From the NCBI GenBank assembly GCA_036172245.1, contig JAYWIR010000008.1, positions 1,302,001 through 1,366,000 of the forward strand: DNA of 64,000 bases. Reading direction: 5' to 3'. Position numbers and translations under genes: made by a program. The notes beneath the pieces were generated by a model. That model made no database searches, was not told the origin of the DNA, and saw only the letters and a list, made by a program, of their open reading frames with translations. The stretch is from Raillietiella orientalis (Eukaryota). Each line of letters opens with the position of its first letter. Position 1 is the first letter of the stretch. This document shows positions 37,170 through 49,932 of the stretch, piece by piece.

Positions 37170-39600
37170 GGAAGGGGGAGGGGTCGCGCCCCCTCGTGAG
37201 CGGGAATTCATCAGCTAAAGGACTTCCATCCTCGCCTCGAAGAGTGAAAACTTTGAGCTTTAATGTTCGGTGGGGGTGAGGATTTCATGACGGAGCAGAG
37301 GCATCTCGGGCTGCTGGAAGCCCTGGACCGAGGATCAGTTCCGGGGCTCCACGTAGGCAATCTGCTCAGGGCGCTGGCAAAAAGGATCCCAGCGGACATT
37401 GCGGAGGCAGACCTAGAGGAGATCGTGTCCGGGGCCACACCTGGAAAGATGGCCGAACCGATCAATGACGTAAGCAGTATACGGGCAGGCAGTGAGTCAC
37501 CGGGAATTCACGAGAGTGCAAGGATTCTAAGCATCAAAGATGACAAATCAAAAATAACGGCAGGAGGACCCACCATCGAGCAACAGATGAGGCACGAATG
37601 AACCAACGGGGAGCGCGAGCGCCAACGCAGGGAGGCGCTACTCGCCTTTGTCCAGAGCACCCAGATCAGGGAAGAGCCGTGTCCCGCGTTGGATACCATC
37701 ACGCACCTATCTACTTCATCCAAGTCAATATCCAGGTCCCCGCAGTTCTCTGACCTCCTACGCGCTGCTTGTGGTTCGGCCTGCTGCCCGTGCGCGTGGC
37801 GTCTACGGGGAGAGGCGTGGATCAAATGAGCGGGAGACGCTCGACATGGAAAGAGTCCTTGACGCACATCCCCATACGCTACGTGGCAAGTTCCAACCCC
37901 TTGTTTTCTCCCAGGAGACATGACCTGCTGGTCAAAATCCTCGGAGCACCTCTAGGAAAGCAGAGGCGGCGAAATGAACTTGCCCTGGACGACGGCCGGG
38001 AACTCTGACTGCACGCGCTGTTCCGGAGCGAAGAGGCCGCGCCACACGCCAGGCTCGACTTGGTCCGCGGGCGTGGGCACACGGCGAAAGCATCGGAAGG
38101 AGCACGGCCGAACAGTATGACCAAATGCAGACAACAGACCCGCCTATTCGGTTGACCCGAGAGCAGCCCCCGAGGCAGGGGCACGGGTGGTAGGGTCCCC
38201 GGAATTCTGAGACCCGAAGAACGGCGAGGTGCTCGTGGAACTTGGCATGCCTCGTCACAGGTGGAAGAGGATGGCGGCACGTGTCAATATCCAGAACGGC
38301 TGAGGCGTCTGTGGAAGATACATCCAGGTCCCGGTCAGATCCAACCACCGTGGCGTCCTTATGGCAGGATAACAAGAGAGAGGTGACTGTGAGGAGTCTC
38401 TTTTAACATCCGTTCCACGCACGGAAATCGAGTAAAACCCTGGATTTATCCTTGCCCCCTACAAACAGCAATGCTTGGCAGCAGGAGACAGTGGACACCT
38501 AGTCACGTACTGTGGACCACTACATCATCTGCTCCCCGTGCACCACCTGGGTAGGATCTCCTTTCAGGAAATCACGAATTCACCAAGAAGTGGGGACTCG
38601 GGTCACTGCTGAACTAATAGCCGCAGCACTGCCCTCCCTCTGGGGCGAAAGTGGTGGTAGCCTCCGTGTCAAGTGAAAGCAGTCCTGTGCCCTACACCCC
38701 ATCGTCGATAACGCTCCCGAGTGGTTTGCTGGTTGGCTAATTCGCCGAGGGGATGACTGCCATCGTCTGCACCCCAAGTCCTGCTGTGGGGCGAAATGGA
38801 CTCGCCGCACTTCTCCCGGCAACAGCGTGCGTGCCTCCTCTGTGCTCAGAGAGTTCCAGAATGGCGTCACATGCAATGCTCTTCTTGCGCCGGGGCTCCC
38901 TTCGCAGCAAACGCATGCACCACTGGACCGGGAACGCGTCCTCGGAGCATTGCCCCAAGAGCACAGGGTAAACAGGATCGATTTCCCGCGCGAGGCTTCT
39001 GATCGCGCGAGGCTTCGTCCTAGACGTGGACCTCTGACGACGGCCTTGAGTCATCCGGGTGAGGAATCGAATGCTCATCGGTCAAAGGAACGTCTTAGGC
39101 CATCCAAATTGGCCTGGGGAGGCCGGCGAGCCGTATGCAGTTTCACAACGTGAGGGTCGTCAGTGCAGAATCACTATGCGGGCTATCGCAAAGAGTAGGC
39201 TGCATGCACGGCTGACAGGCGAGCGTATGGGAGCATTCGTGGTTCAGAGTCCATCAAAGGGAATCCAGCGGTGAAAGACCCAGCGATAACGCCAGGGGCA
39301 CGCGGGAGGCCGGAAGACGAGCGCTCGCGAGAGCAAAAGATGCCATGAACTTCATGGAATTGCGACTGGGGTGCAGCTTGGAGCAAGCAGGGGAGAGGGA
39401 AAGACGCATTAGCCTGCGCGCGCAGTCCAGCGCAAGGAAGGAAGGGTTTCCCCCTTCCCCCACGGGAAAGCACCCGGACCAAGGGAACAGAGCCGTGCGC
39501 GAGCGGGTGCGTTCTTTCCTCGGTTGAAATTCACGGCTCCCAGACTGCAAGCCGAGCTCGCGCGCGTTGAGAATCACTTGAGCGCGCCCATCAGATGGGA
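37170..39600 (-). mobile_element. Decayed L1/Tx1-like relic (ORF1 remnant, EN, RT start)
   Basis: RAWNG (~38415), VVCIWSY (VYAP-like), CGDLDIDLDEVDR (GDFN..LD..DR-like, ~37705-37745), ALSRLPTWSPGTD (KSPGPDG-like, ~37335-37375). Confidence 0.65.
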
Positions 39601-39649
39601 CCCCGGCCGCGCGTGCTGCCGGCGTGGCGACGTGCGGGGGAGTCGCCTG

Positions 39650-41030
39650 ACCTCTGTATCTGAAAAGACAGAGCCAAAGCAGTGGAAGGTCTTCAGACGT
39701 CCACTGCTGCTTCGGCTTTCTCTGAAACTTTTCTTAGATACGTTGGTTGTTTCAAAAGATGGAAAGCATCCGGACCTTTCGAAATACTCCAGCTGTTCAA
39801 TAGCACCGGACGCCTAATACCCACCAAACGAGCAATTCTTCCCTATTTTTCTTTTGTACATTCTTTGAACCACCTCAGCAGATCCTGATTGTTGAGTTCC
39901 ACCTTTATCTTTCCCGTCAAGACATAATCTAAATTCTTATCCTCCCTGGTTGGGGTAGAAATTTATTCCTCCATTGCTACTACCTTCAAGGTCCGTGTAA
40001 AGCTTTATTCTCCACCCCCAATCCGTTATGATCACTACCTCCCTTTTGCTGACCCTCATTCATGTCCTATCTCTTCCTGAGTTAGTCCTAAACTCCTTGT
40101 CCCATCTGTGCGCCATCCACTAAACATCCGACATAGAAAGTGGAGATGTCCATTCTTGCCAGTTGCGACACTTTTAACGATCTCCATGAATTTTAGAGTG
40201 CAGCTGGCAAAACTTTGCGGGGTCTTCCACCAAGTTAGCATTGCGGCTTCCGCATTCTAATTCCAGGATGTCGAGTACATCCAAGGTGTTTCCGCTCTAC
40301 AGCACTGCCTCGGAGTGCCAAAATGTCTTCTTTGGAATCGAGTTTCACCAATCTTGCAGCATTGTCATGTTCTATGGGAGAGTTTCGTATGGTGGCCAGC
40401 ATCAACGGCTGATGCAGTAAACCTTTCGTCTTCTCTTCAGTTGCCTTCATACCGACATCTTTCTGCAAAATTTGAACTCGACAGAAGTTTCAAAGACCGC
40501 AAAGCATTGTAAATCATTACCGATTCGTGTGCCTTTAATCCAAAATAATGGAGATCTTTCCGGGTTCTTCCGCTTCCCGCTGCTTTCCTTCCAGCTTTTT
40601 TCTTTTTCGGGTTCTCCCCTTTTTGGTCTGCTAAGCTCAGAAGAACCGTTCGCTTCCTGGGAGAGGAACTCTCAAAACTCTTTGACGCTGTCCATGCCAC
40701 CCGAGAGTGGAGGCGTTCAACCCTTTAAGTTAGGGGGCCACCCCAAAGGGACCACCCTATGAATCCAGGAAGGACTCCGGAAGAAGGAGTCCGTTCCTCT
40801 CGCGCTTGGGAGGAAACCCGAAGGGAGCTTCTTCCTCACTCTCTCCGGAAGGGCCTTCTGTTTTTTGGGGGCCGCTCCTCGTTTCTTTTCTGGAAGAAAC
40901 CCTCAAAGGGACCGCTCCTTTGTTCCTCCGAAGAGAACCTCTAAGGGACGCTTCCCGATTTTCTCTGAGGGGTCGCTCCCCGGAACAGCGCGCTCCTGAC
41001 ACTCTGGAGAGGCAACCCTTCTTCGAGGAG
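39650..41030 (-). mobile_element. L1/Tx1-like ORF1 relic with zinc knuckle
   Basis: LATIRNSPIEHDNAARLVKL (V.I.NLP.E-like), and GKNGHLHFLC, the second half of CX2CX4HX4C, at ~40130-40160. The 5' part is homologous to 16190-16790. Confidence 0.6.
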
Positions 41031-41049
41031 GGTATCAATTAGAAGTCCC

Positions 41050-42050
41050 ATGATATGGTCCCTTTTTCGCAACCGGAGGAGAACCCCGAAGGGCCCCTTG
41101 ATTCCTGGAAGGATCCCCGAGGTTGACTTCCAATCCCGGTCACTGAACGGGGACATCCGCACCCGAAGCCTGCAGACCAACTCGCGTCATCCTGCGTGGG
41201 GAGGGGGGAGGGAAAGACTCGAAAGCCACGACGCGCTCCCCGTTCTCGGCATCCATCCTTCACCGGGCGAAATTCGAACCCGCAGCTCTTGGTTGCCCCC
41301 ACGCCGTGCGTCTGCAGCATGGAGACTGCAGCTCCACAGCCACCAACGCAAGTCCATTCGAACCTCTGATGGTCACGACAGCTTGATCCCCCACAACTTG
41401 AGCACACACCGTGGTCACCACCTCGCACGGCATTGGTTTCAGAGGGAAACCCTCCATCTGGAAGATTTGAGCACCAAGGCAGTGATCGTCTTCAGTCGGA
41501 CGTCAGTGGCGCCGATGGCCTTTATCCTTAGGCGATTTTCTTCCACACTCCAGTGCTGATTGCTTGGCGTTTGCCTGAAGAGCAGGATTTTTGTTACAGC
41601 AAGGAATGGTGCTTCGACCCTGCCGGTGAGAAACGGTGGTGGTTTTCACCTTTTGAAAAGGAAAACACCAAGACTTACAAGAAAGCCTGGCAGCTTTCAC
41701 CCTACACTGGGCGGTGGGTAGGAAGGTGTGCTGCATGTGACACCTGGAATGCGCCGATTGCAGAAGCAGCGGTGGAAATGGAAACAAGAAGTGCATCTGC
41801 AGCCATCTCAACGGAGACGTCATCGGGTGACGAAGTCATCCCCGCCAAGAAGTTGAGTTTTCAACTAGCAATGATTGCGCATCCGCAAGCGTCCTCGGCT
41901 GTGACATTGCCCGTGAGCAAAGCTGATAAAGTTAGGAAAAAAGTGCTCGACCATATTGTAATAGGATCAAGTGGGATGCGTAAGTCTAAAGAAAGAATGA
42001 TATGGGTAACAAAAAGAATGATTACATTTATAAATAAAATAAAATGATGA
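41050..42050 (+). mobile_element. L1/Tx1-like ORF1 relic, plus strand
   Basis: WFQRETLHLEDLSTKAVIVF, then YTG....CAAC with a frameshifted HLECADC (CCHC remnant) at ~41700-41765. Confidence 0.5.
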
Positions 42051-42108
42051 GTTGAAACTTGATCAACATTTACAAAGCATTTTCTAAAGATTTCTCACGA
42101 TAAATGAA

Positions 42109-42158
42109 AGTTGCCTTCCATCAGTGCATCCGCAAGGATGGACTGATGGAAGGCAACT
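42109..42158. other. Near-perfect 50-nt inverted repeat/hairpin with GCAA tetraloop
   Basis: agttgccttccatcagt-g-catcc-GCAA-ggatg-g-actgatggaaggcaact: a 17-bp stem, one G-G mismatch, then a 5-bp stem. Confidence 0.9.
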
Positions 42159-42317
42159 CTTCTCAGAAAGGATGTGAGATCATTGCAAGTGATGCTCAGT
42201 GGGTTTCTTCTGCATGCAAGAAAGGATCACAGTCACAGCAAGAGCACGTCTAGAGCCAGTAAGAAAGAAGCCCCGAGTTCCATTGCGCCTGCAGAGCTGG
42301 ACGGCGATGTGTTTTTT

Positions 42318-44400
42318 CACCTGGATATGCAGGGGCATTTATTATTAAAATTTTAACACTTTTTAAATATCATAATAAAGCCTTGAAATTCATTCAGGCA
42401 GAACACGTGCTTCTGCCTGTCTTGCACCACTTGTCTTTACCGGCCTACGGGCCGGTAAGGTCCTCTCCGCTGGCAAAGGGGATGGGAAAACCACAAAAAA
42501 ACAAAAAAGTAAAGAAAAAGAAAAGGGGAGGACAGTGTTTTTCGGGGCGGGGAGGGAAGGGAAGGGATCACTGCTCGCCGCGGGTAGTCCTCTGCGTCTC
42601 GTTTTGGATGCGGGCAAGAGCTGGTCTTAAAGTTCGTAGCCGGCGCCATCGGGAGGCCTTCTCCATGGAGATGGCTGCCCAGTGAATGGCATTCTGGCTG
42701 TTCTGGCCTCTCCTCGACGCTGTCCATTCGTCCAGGATTCTGCGCATGCAGCAGAGAACTGCTCCACACGCGGCTGCTGGCAGAGCGTCCCGCGTCAGGA
42801 GGCGACGGAAAATTCTCTTCGGGTCGCCAACCGGAATGTTCAGGATCGACGACAGTCGATTCCACGTCGGGAGGAGGGCGGCACACTCGATTAGTTGGTG
42901 GGGGAAGGTTTCCCTTTCCCCGCAGCCTGCACAGCAGGCATCCACGCCCCCACGAGTCCGGTGAGAGAGGGCGTGCTCCGCAAAGGAGTCCCCGATGCAA
43001 CACTAGCAACGCCGTCTGCGATGTGGTTGCTACCACGGTCAGGGATCATAAGAACCGCTCACGGCTCGGAGGCGCTTGGGCTTGACGCTCCTGTGCTGAT
43101 TCTACCAAGGAGAAACGAGTTCGGTTCGAGACCAGTAGGAAACTGGACTCGCAAGGAGTTCGGAGATAGACACAGACACAACTTTTGAAACATGCCATGA
43201 TGCATTGCATATCTCAATAAAATCCGTATTGAGCAGATGCAGCACCCATGAAGTTACTTTGGCCATGGGTATGTTTGGTAGTGTTCAACATGTCCGGTTC
43301 GTTGATCTATGATGGAAGGTTTGTTTCTCATCGATTTTTTGCTGAGCTAGTACAAACAGGTATTAATTACGAAACTTGCAAGGCCTGCCTCGCTATGAGA
43401 TTTTGACACAAAGAATATATATAATGCTGATGTGTAACGGGGAAGAGCAGCAACATGACGAAAATATTCCTTGGCATAGACTTGTGAAGCTCAAGGCTCA
43501 AATTCCCTTCGTTCCATGATTGGTAAAACCGATGCCTTATTAGGTACAAATCGCCTTATTCCTTAGTAAGTAAGTGAACGAATGCTCCAACTCCTCATTA
43601 AGTTGAGACTAAAGTTACATCAGCTATTCATAGACATATTCGAAGTCAAAAGATACTATGGGTTGTACGTGAAACTTGTACATGACTTGAAAGATATAAC
43701 CAAGATTAGTGAGCAAGCTGTACAAGTTTCTGTAAATCAGCAGAATGAAAGTGCAAGTAAAACTCTCCAGACCGTGGATATCCCCTTATCTGTAACTCAG
43801 TTCCTCTTGCGATTGAAAATCGACCTCAAGTGCTGGTTGACCGATTTCAATGGGTTCGTTCACCCATTTTGCCCGCCTTTCGAGAATGTGCCTATGTCGG
43901 GATCCAACTTCTAGTCGTTGATAATCATGGATACTTTCCCTATCAGTGCCCACCCATCACCAATTAGTGCTGCTCCTTTAACTGGCTTTGAAGATGCAAA
44001 AAATGATCGCAGATCGGAGATGAAAACAAAAAAAACAAACTTTCCTGATGTAACATAAACGTGTCCACCACCAAAATTTACTGCATGCAGATCTTTCTTC
44101 ACGCTGGATATTATGTCTTCCGGGCAACACGTAGGTGCTTGTAGATTCTTTGTAACTTTCCCTTCTAACATTGCCAATTGGATTTACACCCATGAGTTGC
44201 GAGTTCCTGTGATCCTGCATATATCCTTTGACAATTTCATTCTCTGTTAAACCATCAAAACCTCCATCCTCCATGCTGACAGGATCACGTAAATTAAGTG
44301 GAGTCCCGTCACCAGCTGTTGTGGTGCCTCTGCGTTGGATAGTCACAGAAAACGAAGCCAATGGAAAGCGATCATTGAGACGCAAGACCAACTGGTAGCC
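42318..44400 (-). mobile_element. Decayed L1/Tx1-like ORF2 3' half with intact-looking 3' end
   Basis: GTTTAGDGTP (SPGPDG-like), YVLPGR, ISDLRSFF (LD..KAF-like), WNEGNLSL, zf-RVT CAGCGERETFPHQLIEC (~42885-42935). Stop at 42568. The 3' UTR matches 26955-27210. Confidence 0.78.
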
Positions 44401-46190
44401 CGGGACACGAGGCACACTCAAGAAAAGAAGCCTGCAATCCCCGTTTGAGGAACAGATTCCAAACTACGGTCAGACATGGTGATCCAGGGAGACGGGGAAG
44501 CAATAAGAAATAGAAAACGTCTCTTTCCCCTAAGAATCTTTTACTCGAGCATTGGAGGAGGCAGGACGAAGCGCGACTCCCCACTCCTCCCATGAAGGAG
44601 GACCAGCAACATCCCGCATGGTGGCAATCATAGGATTCTTAGTGAAGGACAACTACCGGAAATGCAGTTGGAACCACCAGCCGAGGCAGAGGCACCGCAT
44701 CGTCGCCGCCTGCGGCGCGTTTTCCAGCCCCCGTTTGAAGGTGCACCGGCCGACCCTTCCGCAAGAGACGCCGCTTGTCCTGCAGCTGTAGCTCCTCCTG
44801 GAGCGCCGTGGTTCGCGCTCGCCACGCGCAGCGCAAGAAGAGGATCGTCCCTGGTCGCCTGACCACGACGCTGCGGCGAAACGGAGGTCTGGAGGCGACG
44901 CGTGCCCTTCTCTCCCCGCCCTCCCTGCTGGCATCGCCATCGCTCTGCGAGGGAGGCGTTCAGTAGGCGGGCAGGTGCCCTCATCTCGGATGCGGTCCGA
45001 CCAGAGCCTCTCTTTCTTTGGGAGTGCCCTCGGCGATGTTCCATTTGCTGGCTGTCCCAAGTGGCCGTGCGAACGGCCTACCCCTTTCGCACTTTTCTGC
45101 CCTGGACCTTCCTTGGAGTCAGCGACTGTGGACCGACAGAGACAGAAGCAACGGAGGAGGAGGGGTCATCCCGGAACCGCTGCCTCGGATGTGCCGGGAG
45201 GGCCCGCATCGCGTCGGGGAGACGTTCCCCATTCCCTATTTTCGAGAAGTGCTCTTCCTCTTCCGGACGGAGAGTGTGCCAGAGAAGGAGGGAAGGAGCG
45301 TTCTGGAGAAGGACGTTTGGCTTGCCGCTGCCCCGGCACAGCGCCTCAAGCGGAGCGGCAGCCCGCGGCACCGGAGACGGTTCGAGGAGTCAGGCGAAGC
45401 ATCCGACGCGCCCGTCGGATGCGCGAGGCGGGCGGCGGCTGCTCCCCGTGCAACGAGACGAGGAGAGGGCAGCGGCCCAGCGGGTCCCTTGGAGGGGGGA
45501 AAGCGGTTGCGCCCCAAACGCCGACTGACCTCCCCTCGTTCGTTTGCACGCGCATTGGGGTGCCCGGGAGGGTAGTTTCTTGGAAGCGCAGGGGCCAGGC
45601 GGGCGTTGCCCTTGCTCGCGGGGGCTTCAGAAGGGGGGAGGAGGAGTGGAGGCCGCCATCCCGGAGAGCAACCACTCCGCCTTCCTCTCGTGGCCGCCCG
45701 AGGGCGCGCTCGTCCTCGAGGAAGAACCGGGGACAGCGAGGAGGCAGCCGCCGGTCTCCGGGTTTTCCGGAGCGGCCCGTTGAGCATGCGGCGTCCTCCG
45801 TGCGGAAAGCAGCGGGCGGGCTCTTCTAGCGGGCGCCTCCCCTTCCGAGCAGCCGAGTGGGCGTTCCCGTGCTCCTGCGGCACTGTCGCCGGAGCGGCCG
45901 TCAAGAGGCCACCTGCCCTTTCGAAGACGAGACGGGATGGGCGTGGTGGGGCCCGTCTTGGGCCTTGCGAGGCTGACGCCGGCTCATGTGCGTCAGGTGT
46001 GGCTGGTGCGACTTGCCGCGGCGCTTTTATCTGCAGCTTCAGATCGAAATGGAGCGCACGTGTCGAAACGTGGATCACCGTTGCGAATCCTCCGAGCCAG
46101 AAGGCAGGTGCGCCTTCCCATCTCCTCAGAACACACAGAAACGTGCCACACATGTGCACGTATAACTCCACTCGATGGGGATGAGTGCAC
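44400..46190 (+). mobile_element. L1/Tx1-like 5'/ORF1 relic, plus strand
   Basis: 45557-45866 is an inverted copy (roughly 85-90% by eye) of 11236-11545. The 5' part resembles the 36570-36700 region (MVAII vs MVAMI). Confidence 0.55.
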
Positions 46191-46204
46191 TCTTAATTAA
46201 AACC

Positions 46205-46610
46205 TCAAATTGCATAGGAATGTTAAGCAACACTCCAAAACATATAGGAATGCAATCGTAGAGGAAGCTTCAGGAGACATATGAATAGGATGATGGACAA
46301 CACTTTCGGATACTCAGGAGTGCGATCGTAAAGAAAATTCCAGAACACACGTGGATGTAATCGTAAATACAGCTCCGGAATACATTTGAACATAATTGTA
46401 CATTGCATATAAATGTAATTCGAGACTGCATCGAAGCGCAGCTCCAGAATAAGCGTAAAAGTGATCGGAGGAATTCGGAGGTGACTGCCGATGCAATCAC
46501 AGCATGCATGAAAATGTAATCAGGGAATTCGTAAAAGTGTAATTAGGGAAATCGTGCAAATGCTACTGCACAATTCGTGCAAGCATGCGATAGAGTGCAC
46601 ACATTTTTTT
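46205..46610. repeat. Degenerate AT-rich tandem repeat, about 33-37 bp period
   Basis: Units such as catataggaatgcaatcgtagaggaagcttcaggaga, tactcaggagtgcgatcgtaaagaaaattccagaa and cacacgtggatgtaatcgtaaatacagctccggaa. Confidence 0.5.
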
Positions 46611-48799
46611 TTTTTTTTATCAGCGTCCCTTACAACACGTATTCGTGTTTTCAACGAAATGCGGGGAAACAAACGATCGTCGGTCCCCGTGGAATGCGAC
46701 GTCTTCCGTTTGAAGCGAAGATTTTTCGAGCATCTCATCCCCAGAATTCATTTAGACAGGAAGAACAAAGGAATGAGGGAACGATAGGTTTGTTCCAGAC
46801 TGCCTGATATGGGAATGGAAATTTTTCTGAGGAAGATGGGAACAGCAATGAAAAACGTGAAAATAGAGCGACTCGCTCTTTCCTGCCAAGGAAAATGAAA
46901 CTCACAAAACGGAAGAAAATGTGTTGGCAACGAAGCTGTTTTTTCTCATTTCTGCTTCTTTTCAGATCCTTCCTTGTGCGTGCGTGCGTGTGTGCGCGTT
47001 TTTTTTGCTTTTCCCTTTTCCCGTTCCTATTTGTTCGTTTCCATTTTTGCATCCCAAAGTCACTGCATTTGCCGAGCCGGAAACCCCTGCACCCCAGAAT
47101 CTCGGATCCGTGCATCAGCATCAGTGAATATGCAAAAATTTGCGCGTCATCTGCTCTTTGTTGGTACCTCGTGCTGCCGCTAGGGCGGCGGCCGACTTGC
47201 CTCGGATGACCTAGCTCGCTGGGGCCGTGCCCCTGGCCCGGGGTCAGCGTCGAAAAGTGTCGACAAGCCGCACCGAGGGAATGGTCGCTTCCCTCCCATC
47301 GCTTTCATCCTCATCCCTGAGTGCTTTTGCAAAACCTCGGAGAAGCGGGAATGCCTTCCGCAGCGGCCGTACAGCAGAGCCCTGTGTACTGCGGGTTCGC
47401 ACGACTCGACTACCGTACACTCCTCGCCCAGCGCGGAAAGTCAGCCCCGCATTCGAGACGCCGAGGAGAAAATTTCCGTTTCGTGGTACAGTGCAGTGCG
47501 CGTGGAGGAGCTGCTTTCAAGAAGGGTACCAACCGACTTGGATGACTCGAGCGTGTCGAATCGCAATCGAATTTTCATGCATCGCGTAAGAAGACACTCT
47601 TCTCACCACGAGAACGATGGATCTGGAGCGAGAATTGCTTCAACTGATGTTTGGCAAAACTCCAAAAGCTTTTCTTTTCTTTTGCAACAAACGAGCGCTC
47701 AGTTTCTTTTCACTTCCTTTTTAAAGTGGGGCAATAAATATTCCACTGTCACAACATCTAGGGATGCATTTTGTGTCTTTTACAAATTCCATCATGTTAT
47801 CCAAGTACAACCCATATGGCTCGTACAACGCAGGACGTATCTTCCGCGTAATGTCAGGACTACTTTATTTTCCGCTTTATTTTCGTTTGCTTCTCCCTTT
47901 TTCTTTCAATTGCCTTAACCTTTATTTGATTCTGATCTTCTTCCGCTTTGTGTTGCTTGATTTTTGCTTCCTTGGGATGCCGCTCTTGTGGCGCCGTCGC
48001 GGCCAGTTCTGGAAGTTGCGGGGAATTCTTGATCGCCATCCTCCGTCGGTCCATTCGGCGCTCCGCATCAGGCGCTCGTGGACGGGTGGATGTGCCGGGG
48101 AACTCGGCGATTGCGGGGCGAGCGCGCCCAGGACGGTTCGGTGACGTCACCAGATGCCAGATTCCTTGAGACGGCCTTGGTTCCGACGGGGGGATTCCGG
48201 ACGCATGACGCGTTCTGCTCGGATCCGACCCTTCCGCAGCCAAGAGGAACGGAGAAATAAGGAATCTCGGCTGCCGTGCTGCTGACACTGGCTCGCGCCA
48301 AGCACTGGCCGTCGCCACAGGGACGGTTCGCATTCAGCCCCTTCTTCCCCCTTCCTAGCGGTGCAGCCAGCGAAGGGAGACTGGACGTCGCCGGAGCGGA
48401 CGTCCGTTCCAGGTCTGATGGCTCAGGGAGCGCTGCTCCTTAGAGATTCCAAAAGACGCTATCCTCGTGATGCCAACGAATGGGAGACGGAATTCGCGTC
48501 CCGGGTTGCTGGGCCATTTATTTAAAAGAAGTGAATAAAATTTGGGCGATTGTAGGGGGCGGCACGAGCCCGTCCGAAAGGGTTGAAATTTCTCTGGGGA
48601 CGGGGCTGGGAAGAAGTGGAGCTGATGATAAATGAAAAAGTAAACAGGCAAAAGGGTGAGGTTCGGCCGCCTGTCCTGCGTCGGTCAGGCGTGAGTGGGG
48701 AAAGGGTGCGTGCGTTCACGGCCCACGGGGGTCCTGAGTCTGGGACGGAAGAAACTCAGGGCTCGTTCGGGAGAATCCATGGGATCGACCCATGGGAAG

Positions 48800-49500
48800 T
48801 GGCGTGCGGGGAGGAAAGGTGGAACGAGGGGAAGGACTGTGGCCTCTGAAGGGCCACGCTCGCGCCACTGTGTCTCTCCTCACGATGTCGGCAGCCGAGG
48901 CATCCCGCAGGCGATTGGCAGATTCCCGTCTGCTCCTCCGCGTCTTCTGCGCTCTTTCATCGACTGCCCGGGGCTGCAGCCGCTCGTCTCCGCTGCTCCC
49001 TGCAAGCGAACAGATGGTCGAGTGACTCCCTGCTGAATTGAGGACCATGCTCTCTGCGCATCCTACCTACCCCCCTCATCCCCCTCTCGCTCTTACCCGG
49101 ATTTCTCCCCGAGGACGGGCGCACTCCCTTTTTTGATGAGGGGGTGGACGGGCCGGTTTTCCACTCACCTCTCCCTGGGTATATCCGCCCTCGAATCATC
49201 GCTCAGGCAGCGCGATGATTCGAGGGCTACCTCCCAGCTCTTACCGATCCGCGTCCTTCGCGGCGCCCGGGAAGTTGCTAAGAAACAGCTTCATTTCGCT
49301 GCCCCGCATTCCCACCTTTTAGGAAGTCTGGGTTTAGGCTTTCCGTGTCGTTTCGTCAAGACAGGAAGGACCACTCGGCAGACGAACGGACGGAGATCCT
49401 TTGGAGAGGAAGGGGGGGGGATTGAAGGAGTGGGAGGGCAAGTCAGAAAGGGAGGAGTAAAGGAAGGAGGGGGGGGATTGGTCGGAAGATGCGTCTTTCG
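48800..49500 (+). mobile_element. Possible ORF1 relic
   Basis: Only a weak zinc-knuckle-like remnant (GFPCRF / RKDHSADE) at ~49330-49390. Confidence 0.25.
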
Positions 49501-49932
49501 AGGCTGGCCAACAGAGGGTGCCACCACGCTGTGCTCACTGGTGCCACCGTGCACCTGCGGTATGGCACCATCTCTCTGTCCCGTCTCCAGGAGACTCCGA
49601 CGCATTCTCGCCAACGTACGATGAGCCGCCTCTGGCCTTTATTTTTCTCTCTTCTAGCATCGCTACCCCCCGCACATTGACCATCTTTGAACGCCCACTT
49701 CCTCTTCTATGCCATGCGGTGGCATAGAGGCAGGGCCGGGAGCGTCAGGGAGACTGATATTCAGTTTTTGGAAGATGCAGAGCAGATCCACATAGCGTAA
49801 CGAAAAGGAAGAATCATTGGTCCATAAGCATCTTATCGAAGCACCCATTCTCACCTCGAAACGAGCCGCGGACGACTCGGTGCCTGGTCGACTGCATGAG
49901 CTTCGGAACTCGGCCACGGGAAGCTCCCGAAA

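Noticed and set aside
41700..41765. GRWVGRCAACDTWN resembling the bacterial RadA/Sms zinc ribbon
   Set aside because: No ATPase domain follows. It is better explained as a frameshifted CCHC knuckle of a LINE ORF1.
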